Source of the DNA: an uncultured virus (IMG/VR IMGVR_UViG_3300017963_000256)
Lineage: Duplodnaviria; Heunggongvirae; Uroviricota; Caudoviricetes
Reading direction: 5' to 3' (one strand)
Virus record (IMG/VR): IMGVR_UViG_3300017963_000256
Length of the DNA stretch: 20,000 bases
A model generated the notes under the pieces. That model made no database searches and was not told the origin of the DNA. It worked only from the letters and a program-made list of their open reading frames with translations. Every line of letters begins with the position of its first letter. Positions within the stretch are counted from its first letter, which is position 1. Of the stretch, positions 7,572 to 16,800 are shown piece by piece. The translations under genes and the position numbers were made by a program.

Positions 7572-8290
7572 TAACCTACTCCTATCTTAACGTATCCATT
7601 CTCAGTAGCCCAATCACAAACCGACTGTAAGCGATCCAAATATGATAAAGCTTGATCGTCCTGCACCAGCATTACATGAACATTGCCGCCAGACATTTCT
7701 TTTCTTTCCCTATTCTCTTCCTGTAATTTGTTTTTCAAAGTACTTCTGGCAAGATCTATCTTTTGAGAAATCTGCCATGTGTCAAACGAATGTTGATCAA
7801 GATTTAACCCTAATAAATCCTCAAATAAAAAACGCATATTGGCATTACTTAAATGCATCTTAGGAGGATTGTTTATTTCCTGAGAAGGCAATTCAATAAT
7901 AGGAAATCTTACCACATTAGAATCAAAAATACCACTTTTCTCATAAATAAGATCACCAAATTTAACACCTTTTTCACCTAATATATACTTCAACATAGAT
8001 ACAATCTTCGGTAGTTTGCTCTCTGGCAAACCTACTATATAAAAATTCATCACTCCGCTAGGTTTATCCCAACTGTAACCATCAGGGGCCAAAACTTCCA
8101 TAGGACGATTTTGCTTCCAATGTTCCATCTCTTCATTTGTCAAAATCTTACTAAGCAAAGTAAAAAAATCATGACTAAGAGCAAAACAAAGATGTAAAAT
8201 GTTATCCACTTCCTGATCATATGTATGATCTACTACATACACGTCCATTGAGGCAAATTTGCAAGTTTTTGCGACTTTGTACCAATTCAT
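7571..8290 (-). CDS. Hypothetical protein with MNWYKVA tag
   Basis: 239 aa; ATGA overlap upstream and TAATG overlap downstream. Confidence 0.85.
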   Translation of the reverse strand: MNWYKVAKTCKFASMDVYVVDHTYDQEVDNILHLCFALSHDFFTLLSKILTNEEMEHWKQNRPMEVLAPDGYSWDKPSGVMNFYIVGLPESKLPKIVSMLKYILGEKGVKFGDLIYEKSGIFDSNVVRFPIIELPSQEINNPPKMHLSNANMRFLFEDLLGLNLDQHSFDTWQISQKIDLARSTLKNKLQEENRERKEMSGGNVHVMLVQDDQALSYLDRLQSVCDWATENGYVKIGVG

Positions 8291-8814
8291 TTTTGGCTTT
8301 CATTCAAATGCGGAAATGGAACGGAAGGAACATCCTTCCCCAAAAACTTACATAACTTTTTCCAACCATCTCCTTCTTGTACATCAAAATAAAGCACATC
8401 GCGGGAAGAAAAATAAGCCATAATCCCCTGATAATGCCTTATAAATGTTGACCTCCAAGCTTTCTTGTCATAATGAAACATCCCATGAATACGAAAACGA
8501 TTCTCTAAAATCTGAGCCTTAGTATCTATCCGCATTCCCTTGTTTTTTCGATCAGAAGATGCAGACCAGTCATCTATATCCCTGATCGTTACTATAAACT
8601 TTGCATTCGGATAAAGATAATCCAGAAACTTGTAACGACTTGCCACATATAAATCATTACAAAAATCATGTTTTTCAATCTCTTCAAGAGATCGAGGAGC
8701 ATGAATGGCACTGTAACCAAGAATCTGCATCGCTCTGCATAAACTTGTTGTGCCCGTCCTTCCGATACCAATATCAAAGATCTTACAATCAGGACGTTGT
8801 CCTAGTTCCGTCAC
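8287..8814 (-). CDS. Sulfotransferase-like protein (Sulfotransfer_4 type)
   Basis: IFDIGIGRTGTTSLCRAMQILGY, YPNAKFIVTIRD..W..S and GDGWKKLCKFLG..VP..PFPHLN are family hallmarks. Confidence 0.85.
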   Translation of the reverse strand: MTELGQRPDCKIFDIGIGRTGTTSLCRAMQILGYSAIHAPRSLEEIEKHDFCNDLYVASRYKFLDYLYPNAKFIVTIRDIDDWSASSDRKNKGMRIDTKAQILENRFRIHGMFHYDKKAWRSTFIRHYQGIMAYFSSRDVLYFDVQEGDGWKKLCKFLGKDVPSVPFPHLNESQK

Positions 8815-9089
8815 GTTAATCCGCCTTCAATCATGCCCTTCAAATGATACTCAATGGCATCCCATTCACCATTGCTCTCCGCGCCATATTTGTCCTTCAT
8901 TGAACCCATGATCATTCGGACTGCAGCACGAGTATGTTTGAAATTGTGGTTGTACTCCGGATATTCCTCATATGCCTGTCCCCATGCCTCAGAATCAACT
9001 TCTTTACGGTAAATCCTGAAAGCATCTGCACGGCTGCCAGAATAACCAACCATCTCAATCAAATTCTCTATTTCTTGGTTCGTGAACAT
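8811..9089 (-). CDS. Hypothetical protein
   Basis: 92 aa; tiles tightly between its neighbours. Confidence 0.75.
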   Translation of the reverse strand: MFTNQEIENLIEMVGYSGSRADAFRIYRKEVDSEAWGQAYEEYPEYNHNFKHTRAAVRMIMGSMKDKYGAESNGEWDAIEYHLKGMIEGGLT

Positions 9090-9090
9090 C

Positions 9091-9423
9091 TTAGCCCAAT
9101 AGATTCTTGATCGCTGTTAAATGTTGACCAATCTGCTGGCACGTTGCCTGATCTGCATTAGATTCACGCATCTCTTCATAAAGATTACGCATCTCTGAAA
9201 TGCACTGAATCGGAGATGTGAAATATCCAGCCGACTCTGGTACTTCTTCAACAACCAATCCAGCAGGACGCCCTTCAGGAACAATCACCTGATCACCCGG
9301 CATGTCTTTGTATTTCGGATCAATCGCTGCTTCTTTGTTTTCCTCTGAAGGAATAGGGCGAACTTTACCATCGCCACCCAACAGATCTTTCAATTCTCCT
9401 GCTTGAATCTTGAAATCAGACAT
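9091..9423 (-). CDS. Hypothetical protein
   Basis: Start MSDFKIQ at 9423 after GGAG; 110 aa. Confidence 0.8.
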   Translation of the reverse strand: MSDFKIQAGELKDLLGGDGKVRPIPSEENKEAAIDPKYKDMPGDQVIVPEGRPAGLVVEEVPESAGYFTSPIQCISEMRNLYEEMRESNADQATCQQIGQHLTAIKNLLG

Positions 9424-9436
9424 TTTGTTTCTCCAA

Positions 9437-9862
9437 TTAAACAAAGGCACCCGGAAACATTCCTTTAATATCTTGATACATTTTGGTATCGGATAAATCT
9501 ATTTCTTCACTTTCTACCATTGCCTTAAAGATGTTCTTAAAAGCTTGTTTCAATTCTGCTTCACTCACTGCTGGACCGCCCCCGTCGATACTTTCAATAA
9601 TGGGCGTGGCTTCCGCAATCGCTTCAGAAAGTTTCTGATCATCTATAAGATCTGTCCCACGAATTGTCCCAATATAATTGTATATCAATTCATAAGCATT
9701 TAAAATATGCTCCATGCTATCGGGACCCTCCATAGTATCAAGAGACTTCATCAATTTATCTTGCTCCTCCGGACTCAGTCCATATCCTTCACCAGCCCCC
9801 GGAACATTTTCCTTAGGGAAGTAAGGAAGAGTTTCTTCTGCTGCTTTTTTGTACCAATTCAT
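9437..9862 (-). CDS. Acidic hypothetical protein with MNWYKKA tag
   Basis: 141 aa; SD AAAGGAG; ATGA overlap. Confidence 0.85.
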   Translation of the reverse strand: MNWYKKAAEETLPYFPKENVPGAGEGYGLSPEEQDKLMKSLDTMEGPDSMEHILNAYELIYNYIGTIRGTDLIDDQKLSEAIAEATPIIESIDGGGPAVSEAELKQAFKNIFKAMVESEEIDLSDTKMYQDIKGMFPGAFV

Positions 9863-10266
9863 GCTGGAACTCCTTTTTCTATTCTCGCCGGTCCTTCTGG
9901 AACTTCCGGTTCTGGTTCAGGTTGTGGTTCAGGTTCGGGCTGTAAAGCCTTCTGACGAGCCTGTTCGTACATGCTCCCCAATAACGGGGATAATTGATCC
10001 TGATAGAAATCGTTCAATTCCATCTCAAACGTATTCAAATTGTTTGCGATAGCATTTACATTCGTAACGTCATTCAACTCTTCAGACCCTATCTTCTCTG
10101 CTCCTGATTTAATCTCTTTGGCTGTACTCGAAACACGTTTACTCGTCATTTCGAATACTTCCAACGATTTCTCAAGTTTATTGGTTGCCTCCTCAAGAGA
10201 AGAAACTCTCTCATCTGGAGCATCACGAAACGCTTCTTTTTTTATCGCAAATCTATACCAGTTCAT
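9859..10266 (-). CDS. Coiled-coil protein with MNWYRFA tag and Pro-Glu-rich C-terminus
   Basis: Start moved to ATG 10266 (GAGG SD, ATGA overlap with the psd stop); tail QPEPEPQPEPEPEVPEGP. Confidence 0.8.
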   Translation of the reverse strand: MNWYRFAIKKEAFRDAPDERVSSLEEATNKLEKSLEVFEMTSKRVSSTAKEIKSGAEKIGSEELNDVTNVNAIANNLNTFEMELNDFYQDQLSPLLGSMYEQARQKALQPEPEPQPEPEPEVPEGPARIEKGVPA

Positions 10267-11339
10267 GGCGTCACCTCTCCAACACACATGCCACAGTTGT
10301 AATGAACGCCCGGTGCCGCCGTGATCGTCACATTGCTCTCTTCCTGAAACAACATGATAATGTCACTGCCGCCGAACATGAAATAACCGAATTCTTCGCC
10401 CTTATTCAAATAGCTTCCAACAACTGCCGTCATGTTGACAGAAGATACTTGAGCCATTCCAATAGGCAGAACAGCCACAAGACCAATAGGGCTATCAAAT
10501 ACGATGAGTCCTCTCGTTTGGGTGAATTCATATCCCGCTCCATCAGGTGCAGTAAACTCACCATCCTTAATCTGCACGTCCAAATACACATTCTGCTGAA
10601 TGGCACGGCACTCCATTACCGTACCGCGTACCGGTGCCCTAAAACGATGGTAGTCATTAGGACCCAGAAACGCATGCATAAATGTGCCACCCACAAACTT
10701 CTCACGATATGGACTTCCTTCCAGCAAATCCAAAATCTTATACTTATGAGTCAGTTTAATGGTTACTTCATTCTCCAAATCAATAGGAAATTTCCTCATG
10801 AATGTACTATCGGCGGGGGAAGTAATAATATTGTCTTCAAACATACCAGCAACGGGACGTAATCCGGGTTTAATTTCGCGGGCAAAAAATTGATTAAACG
10901 TCAACCAACCAGATGGATTATGCATGTAATCATCTACTCTAAAATCCGGATCCCGTAAAAAAGTATCAATCCCAGATGCCGATGCGGTCGTATTTAAATA
11001 ACTTCCCCACTGATTTGCAAAATCACGCATCCATGTATTAAAATCTTTATGCTTCTGTAATTCCCTGCCAGAAGGTTGATCCAATAACCAATAAAACTTA
11101 CACAACATATAAAGAACTTCTTTAGGAACATCCTCACGAGGAGTCCAGTGAACCATCCGTTCAAGATAAACAAAATATCCTTTTTCGCCTTCTAATCCTT
11201 CCGGAAAATCTTTGGCACCTTTTAATCCAGCCTTCATCGCTTTGACTTTGGCTTCCGTAATGGAATCCACCAGCATCTGCACCCAACCGTCTTGTTCATG
11301 TACTTGTAATAATGCCTGCAGTTCTTGAACAATATCCAT
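10263..11339 (-). CDS. psd: Phosphatidylserine decarboxylase proenzyme
   Basis: TFNQFFAR, ITSPADS, FLGPNDYHRFRAPV and KGEEFGYFMFGGSDII, including the GG/S self-cleavage site that generates the pyruvoyl cofactor. Confidence 0.9.
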   Translation of the reverse strand: MDIVQELQALLQVHEQDGWVQMLVDSITEAKVKAMKAGLKGAKDFPEGLEGEKGYFVYLERMVHWTPREDVPKEVLYMLCKFYWLLDQPSGRELQKHKDFNTWMRDFANQWGSYLNTTASASGIDTFLRDPDFRVDDYMHNPSGWLTFNQFFAREIKPGLRPVAGMFEDNIITSPADSTFMRKFPIDLENEVTIKLTHKYKILDLLEGSPYREKFVGGTFMHAFLGPNDYHRFRAPVRGTVMECRAIQQNVYLDVQIKDGEFTAPDGAGYEFTQTRGLIVFDSPIGLVAVLPIGMAQVSSVNMTAVVGSYLNKGEEFGYFMFGGSDIIMLFQEESNVTITAAPGVHYNCGMCVGEVTP

Positions 11340-11341
11340 TC

Positions 11342-11782
11342 TTACTCTCCAAGTCGTTGTTTAAGCTGCTTTTTGAGGGTTGTTTTGCTGATATGAAAAG
11401 GATTGTCAGTTGATGCTTCTTTTTCTTCGTCCTCAGATTCATCTTCCTCAGACTCTTCTTCCGGTTCTTCGGCTTTAAAGTCCTCAGATTCATCGGACAT
11501 TTCTTCTACTTCTTTGCGACCTTCTTCAATCGCTTCTTTCTCTTCCGGATCCAATTCATCTAACAACTGTTGAAATTCGCCTTTATGTACCTGTTCTTCG
11601 CGGGCGATATCCAATAATACTTTTTTTACTTTTTCGTTGTCAGATCTTTCGGCAACCAGCGTATATAAATGGGTGGCCTCTTCTTCCGCAGCCAGCCCCT
11701 GCCGTAATGCCTGAATGAGTTCGACTTCGCTTAAAGGACCATCGTCGTCCATACCGGGAAAAGGATTAATGAATTGTGCCAT
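11342..11782 (-). CDS. Ferritin-like (rubrerythrin-type di-iron) protein with acidic linker and basic tail
   Basis: ELIQALRQGLAAEEEATHLY...DIAREEQVHKGEF contains E, Y and ExxH ligand motifs. Confidence 0.85.
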   Translation of the reverse strand: MAQFINPFPGMDDDGPLSEVELIQALRQGLAAEEEATHLYTLVAERSDNEKVKKVLLDIAREEQVHKGEFQQLLDELDPEEKEAIEEGRKEVEEMSDESEDFKAEEPEEESEEDESEDEEKEASTDNPFHISKTTLKKQLKQRLGE

Positions 11783-11791
11783 GATTTTTCC

Positions 11792-12307
11792 TCATTTTGT
11801 GTACCAATACTGAGTTTCGAGTTTATATGGATGATATTCCTCACCTTCAGTCATTACGGCATATGGAATATCGTTTATTTTGTCAACCAATCTCTTCAAA
11901 TTCGCCATATGATTCTCAATGCCTTTAGGAGATCCTTCAGCCTTTAACACTCTTTTATCCTCAAGTAACACAACACGAATCAATGCGCCTTGATCATAAA
12001 TAGCGGTCATAAACTTATCGCTCAGACTATCTTCAGTCATATCATAAACATGCCATCCGGCACCAGTTTCCTTCACTTCCTGCGCTACGCTTTCTCGAAG
12101 ATCCTCCAACGTATCCTTATGGCTTTCGAGCATCGCCACCAAATCAGATGGATAGTCATTAGGATTCTTCTCAATCTCTTCTTTCAAAGCCTCCAGATGA
12201 TTCCAATAATCCGTTACCAACAACTTGTTCGCAGGAGTTAACCAACCGGCACCCTTCTCCAGAAACTTCTCAAAGTCATCTTTACCGGCTTTTTTATACC
12301 AATTCAT
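11792..12307 (-). CDS. Hypothetical protein with MNWYKKA tag
   Basis: 171 aa; contains GWLTP...H; ATGA overlap. Confidence 0.85.
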   Translation of the reverse strand: MNWYKKAGKDDFEKFLEKGAGWLTPANKLLVTDYWNHLEALKEEIEKNPNDYPSDLVAMLESHKDTLEDLRESVAQEVKETGAGWHVYDMTEDSLSDKFMTAIYDQGALIRVVLLEDKRVLKAEGSPKGIENHMANLKRLVDKINDIPYAVMTEGEEYHPYKLETQYWYTK

Positions 12308-12585
12308 TCCAACCCAACCCTCGATTCGTCAGTTTCCAAAGATGCCAAGACAGGGACCTCATCAACAATACGAACAGGCCGAACCGAAAGGTGACCTTCA
12401 TATGGTCTTGTCGCCAGATGCGCCCAATCTTCCTCTTCAAAGATCTCCGCACCCGCCAAATCAGATAAAGTGGGTAAAGTTGCCGATTTATTCTTTTCGT
12501 AACCTTTTCCAAGATAGGCAGCGCCATCTTCAAACTCGACGACCCAACCATCTATTTCTGCTTCTGCTTTTTTGTACCAGTTCAT
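12304..12585 (-). CDS. Hypothetical protein with MNWYKKA tag
   Basis: Start moved to ATG 12585, 1 nt after the upstream TGA; 93 aa. Confidence 0.8.
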   Translation of the reverse strand: MNWYKKAEAEIDGWVVEFEDGAAYLGKGYEKNKSATLPTLSDLAGAEIFEEEDWAHLATRPYEGHLSVRPVRIVDEVPVLASLETDESRVGLE

Positions 12586-12586
12586 A

Positions 12587-13135
12587 TCAATTCTTAGCCT
12601 CATAACCAAAAGACATCTCAATATTGATCTTATCGCCAGCATCTTCTGTCTTCACAGAGACCGATTCAAAGTCTAGTTCATATTCAATATATTCGTGAGC
12701 ATCCGGTGTTGTCCCGTTCATTTCCAAAATACGACTTTTTCGTGAATCACCTAAAAGATCCATATCTTCAGCAACATCAATACGAAGCCACTCCATGATC
12801 CCTTCTCTATCCTGTTGTGGAATAAGGTCAGCGGCTGTCATCTGCATCAAAGCCGGATGGTCAAACGGAATCCATGACTTCACCACAACCTCACCCTCGC
12901 ATACTCCATAATTATAAGAAGGAAGAGGAAAGCCACCAGCGCCAGAAGGATAGTCCCCCGGATCATCCCATGTGTCCATGTAACAGTCTACTGTATTCTT
13001 TTCGACAACAGCATTCTGGACAATGGTATCAGCGATTTCCCTAAAAAACTTATCATCACCCATAGCCGCGTTCTTGCGAAGAGCTTTCCGCAGGTCGCTC
13101 GAACTCATTTTGAATTCTGAATTATCGGTATTCAT
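12587..13135 (-). CDS. Acidic hypothetical protein
   Basis: 182 aa; GGAGG SD; contains WDDPGDYPSGAGGFPLPSY. Confidence 0.8.
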   Translation of the reverse strand: MNTDNSEFKMSSSDLRKALRKNAAMGDDKFFREIADTIVQNAVVEKNTVDCYMDTWDDPGDYPSGAGGFPLPSYNYGVCEGEVVVKSWIPFDHPALMQMTAADLIPQQDREGIMEWLRIDVAEDMDLLGDSRKSRILEMNGTTPDAHEYIEYELDFESVSVKTEDAGDKINIEMSFGYEAKN

Positions 13136-13428
13136 TTTGGAAACCTCCCAGATTTTTTCTTTAATGACGAAATAGGAACTCGTCGCTCCAAATTCATATA
13201 TCCTTTAACCGGATTGTAACTTAAAATTAAACTTCCTTCCTCATGCATCGCTTCATCACCACATAAAGAAGGTTCCGCTTTTACTTCTCCAGTCTTCAAA
13301 TGTCTCCGCAATAAATATCTAATTACTTCTTCCTCACCCTTCTTCTCTAAAATGACAAAAGCCTTTGCCGCAGAAGGACCCTCCACGTGTGCCAAAGGCT
13401 GATACGCACTTTTTTGTTGCTGTGCCAT
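13132..13428 (-). CDS. Hypothetical protein, tandem paralogue of 13474-13779; the original start may be 13453 with a frameshifted NWY leader
   Basis: AYQPLAHVEGP...GEEEVIRYLL...GDE...ILSYNPVKGY...RVP aligns with the neighbouring protein. Confidence 0.8.
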   Translation of the reverse strand: MAQQQKSAYQPLAHVEGPSAAKAFVILEKKGEEEVIRYLLRRHLKTGEVKAEPSLCGDEAMHEEGSLILSYNPVKGYMNLERRVPISSLKKKSGRFPK

Positions 13429-13473
13429 TACTTTGCTGTACCAAGTTCGTCATTTTAACCAAATACCTGTCCC

Positions 13474-13779
13474 TTAAACGACCTCTGCCGCAGGAACCCT
13501 CTCTGTCAGGCTTGCATATCCTTGTGCCGGATTGTAAGCCAAAATATAATTATCTCGTTCGTAGATGAATTCGTCCCCACTGAAAGGTGGCGAACTAAGA
13601 CTGCCCTCGTCACGATGTACATTCAACATGTAATCAATGACATCTTCCTCACCTTGATTGTCCATGATCTTTTTGACTTCTGCTATCGCCGGTCCATCGA
13701 CATAGGCAATCTGACGATAACCCATTGAAGCTGTTTTGTTTATGATCGTTGTTAATGATGCTTTTTTGTACCAATTCAT
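13474..13779 (-). CDS. Hypothetical protein with MNWYKKA tag, paralogue of 13132-13428
   Basis: GYRQIAYVDGP...GEEDVIDYML...GDE...ILAYNPAQGY...RVP; AAAGGA upstream. Confidence 0.85.
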   Translation of the reverse strand: MNWYKKASLTTIINKTASMGYRQIAYVDGPAIAEVKKIMDNQGEEDVIDYMLNVHRDEGSLSSPPFSGDEFIYERDNYILAYNPAQGYASLTERVPAAEVV

Positions 13780-13841
13780 CAGACTTCCTTTTCAATCTGG
13801 TCAATAACTTTTATTTATTAATTTTCGACCAAAATCCTTTT

Positions 13842-16800
13842 TTATAATATTTTAAACAAAACAGCATATTTAGGGTCTTCATCCTCTTCCATTATCTGTC
13901 CAATAAAGTCTAAACCATACTTATCTAAGCGGTTAGATCTCGGAGAACCATCTGGATTCATCAATAATCTGTATGAATCTGACAACATTTCAGCCGCCAA
14001 AAACTCATATCCTTTTTCCCTAAGTTGTTTTAGGAAATCATTTATCATTAAACTTAAATTGCGGCGATATTGTTTTTGAACTGCCAAATTGGAAACATAC
14101 ATCACCTTTCCTTGCTGAATTTTCTTAAAAAATTCTTCTAAAAATTCTTCAAAATTCTCTGCATAAGCAGGATTCATAAACTCAATTTCATAGGGATCAA
14201 AATCCTCTAAATTATCCGTCTCTATAAAATCATAACCATAAAGATAACCTTGAAGTTCGTCATTATCCATGAGACCAGTCCCTGTGCTTCCGGGCTGAAT
14301 CATGTCATTATATAAATATGCTTCTGGATCCGCATGGTCATCCTCATAATGTTCAAAATTGATTCTATCCAATTCTTCCATTCTACGAGAATGCTCTCTG
14401 TTTCGTCTGACTGCTTCTGGAAGGTCAATCAAACTGACAGCATACTTTGCCATCTGATACCAATTCTTTGCCACTTTTACAACCTCCTTTGAATCCTGAA
14501 GATACAAATCTTGATACCCTTCTTCTAAAAAAGGATACTTGTCATCATTGTCCCAATCAGGAACTTTTTCACCTAATCTATCAACTCCAAGACTATCATA
14601 ACCCGTACCAATCAAAACACTGCGCCCAGTAGCCTCTTTATACTTTTGGGCAAATTTCTTATATGCTTGTTGAATCTTTTGTTTTGCTGTTTGATTTTTA
14701 CTCATCTTCTTACCCTTCCCCTCGAATGGTCTATCCTGAAAAACATCGGCAAAAATGTTCTTCTTACCACGCTCCCCTCCTTCAAGTTCATCTGATTTTC
14801 TTTTCAATACACTTGAAAATTCAACATTATCCAAAACCAAAGATTCCCCATCTTCTGTCAACCACATCCAACTCTGTGCCTGAAATTTACCGTCCTTATA
14901 AACCGTCAAAAAGCCAGATTTAGGATTCACATATCCTTCAATCATCGAACTTTCTGAAGCATCCTCAAACTTCTGACAACAACCAGAATATGCAAGTTCA
15001 CCTAACACAAGCCCTAAAGGATCTGTTTTATCAAGACTCGCAAACTCATACGCATCACCATCTACATCTACACTAATCTTAATTGGATCAATTTCACTCT
15101 TGCCAAAATTTTCATGATTTATAATGTTGCCAACTCCATCCAAAGCCTCATAAAAGTTTGCGTCTGAGTAAAAAACAATTTGTTCCATCCCCTTTATGGA
15201 GAAATCTTTTTGTTCTTCAGTGGTATATGTACTACGACCTTTTTCTATATCATCCAAAAATTTATTATAATCTGCGTACTTGTGTTTATCTAATTGAACA
15301 GAAAAACGATGCAAAGCTGTTGTGTTAATCGGAATCTTCACATTGTTTTTAATCTCATTACGCATTCTCTTAATAGCTGTCCAACGTTTCTGATTCTCTT
15401 CACGATTCTCACTCTTCGGATACTTTTTATCTATCTCTTCCATCCCTTCTTTTTCTAATTGGGAATATTGACTTTCAAGATATTGCGGAATAATAGAAGC
15501 ATAATATATGATCGGATTTTCACCACCAAGGTCTGTGCTTTTCGAAGAAGAAAGCAAATATGATCCTATATATTTAGAAACATTTTTATCTTGTAATGCT
15601 TCATCCATTTTTTTACCGAAAGTATTAAACTTTTGAAAAACCGTTAAAATTACATTAATATCTTTGGTAAGATTCAACTGATTTATCACTATATTGGAAA
15701 TCAAACGATCCAAGATAGGAGAGAAAGAAAGATTATGATCTTTCTTAAAAATTTCATAAAGCTTATTTAGAGATCCCATCAACTCTTTGTAATCATAATG
15801 TCTCTTTCCAGTGTATTCAGAAAGATCATTCGCTGCATTAAAACGCCTACCTATCTCGTTTCCATTGATTCTCTCCAAATTAGAAAAATCAATTTCCAAC
15901 TTATCTAAATCAACTTCTCCAGAAAGATAAAGTTCCCGAATGGTAGGAGCCAAACTGTCAACTAATGCAAAATCTTCTGCCAAAGTTTTCTTGGCTTCAA
16001 GAGAAAAATCATATTTTTTCTGAAGTCTTTTAAACGTTTTTTTTGCGTCATACTCATATGAATAATAAGCAGTCTGCTTGAGAGTGTTATACACCTTCTC
16101 TCTATGATTTTTATAAATGTGAGGGAAGAGACCATAAGTCCATAAAATACTAGCTCTAGGAATTATTGTGGATGGAAATTTCTTTAAGATAAGATCAACC
16201 ATATCCGGTTGCTTCGTGCTAACAGCCCTCTCCATAGATTCTTTAAGATCTCCTTCTGACTTTTTTAAAATCTCATTTACTTTTTCTAAATTCTTTTCTT
16301 TTATAGCCAATTCAAGAACAGCATTACTGTCATATTCGCTGAAACGATCTACACGATCCAGAAACAATTTTAAAAACTCCAAATCACCAGATTTAACGGC
16401 TGTTTCTACAGCATATCTGTTTATCTCTTTTTTATAAAACGGAAGCATAGCCCGCGCCAATTCAGGATTCCCCGATTTAGCCAAATGCTGCAGACCACTA
16501 TCTCCCAATTGAGGATTCTCTACATTCTTTGCATACTCCATGAAACCATCTAATCCGCTGTAATAAAAGATTGAATCAGGATTCAGCCTTTCTTTGCCAT
16601 ATGGAAACAATAACTTTGCAACTTCGAGATTACTTGTATTAGAAACAGTTCCCCAACACCGATCCTGTTTTGAATCAAGACCATGTTCAAGCAATGCTTT
16701 AACCATCTCAGGACTTCTAAGCAAAATCTCATCACATAAAACATGAGGATGTGTCCCTTTTGTGGCGTTCAAAACTCTTTTATATATTTCCGGTCCAAAG

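Noticed and set aside
9424..9450. MPLFNWRNK upstream extension resembling the NWY tag
   Set aside because: It lacks the Tyr and Ala, overlaps the previous gene, and the TGG is part of the GGAG SD for the ATG at 9423.
9900..9945. Short tandem-like repeat (ggttctggttcaggttgtggttcaggttcgggc)
   Set aside because: Fully explained by a Pro-Glu low-complexity coding linker.
13812..13819. AATAAATA as a T4-type late promoter
   Set aside because: A single imperfect match in an AT-rich spacer; not enough support to call as a feature.
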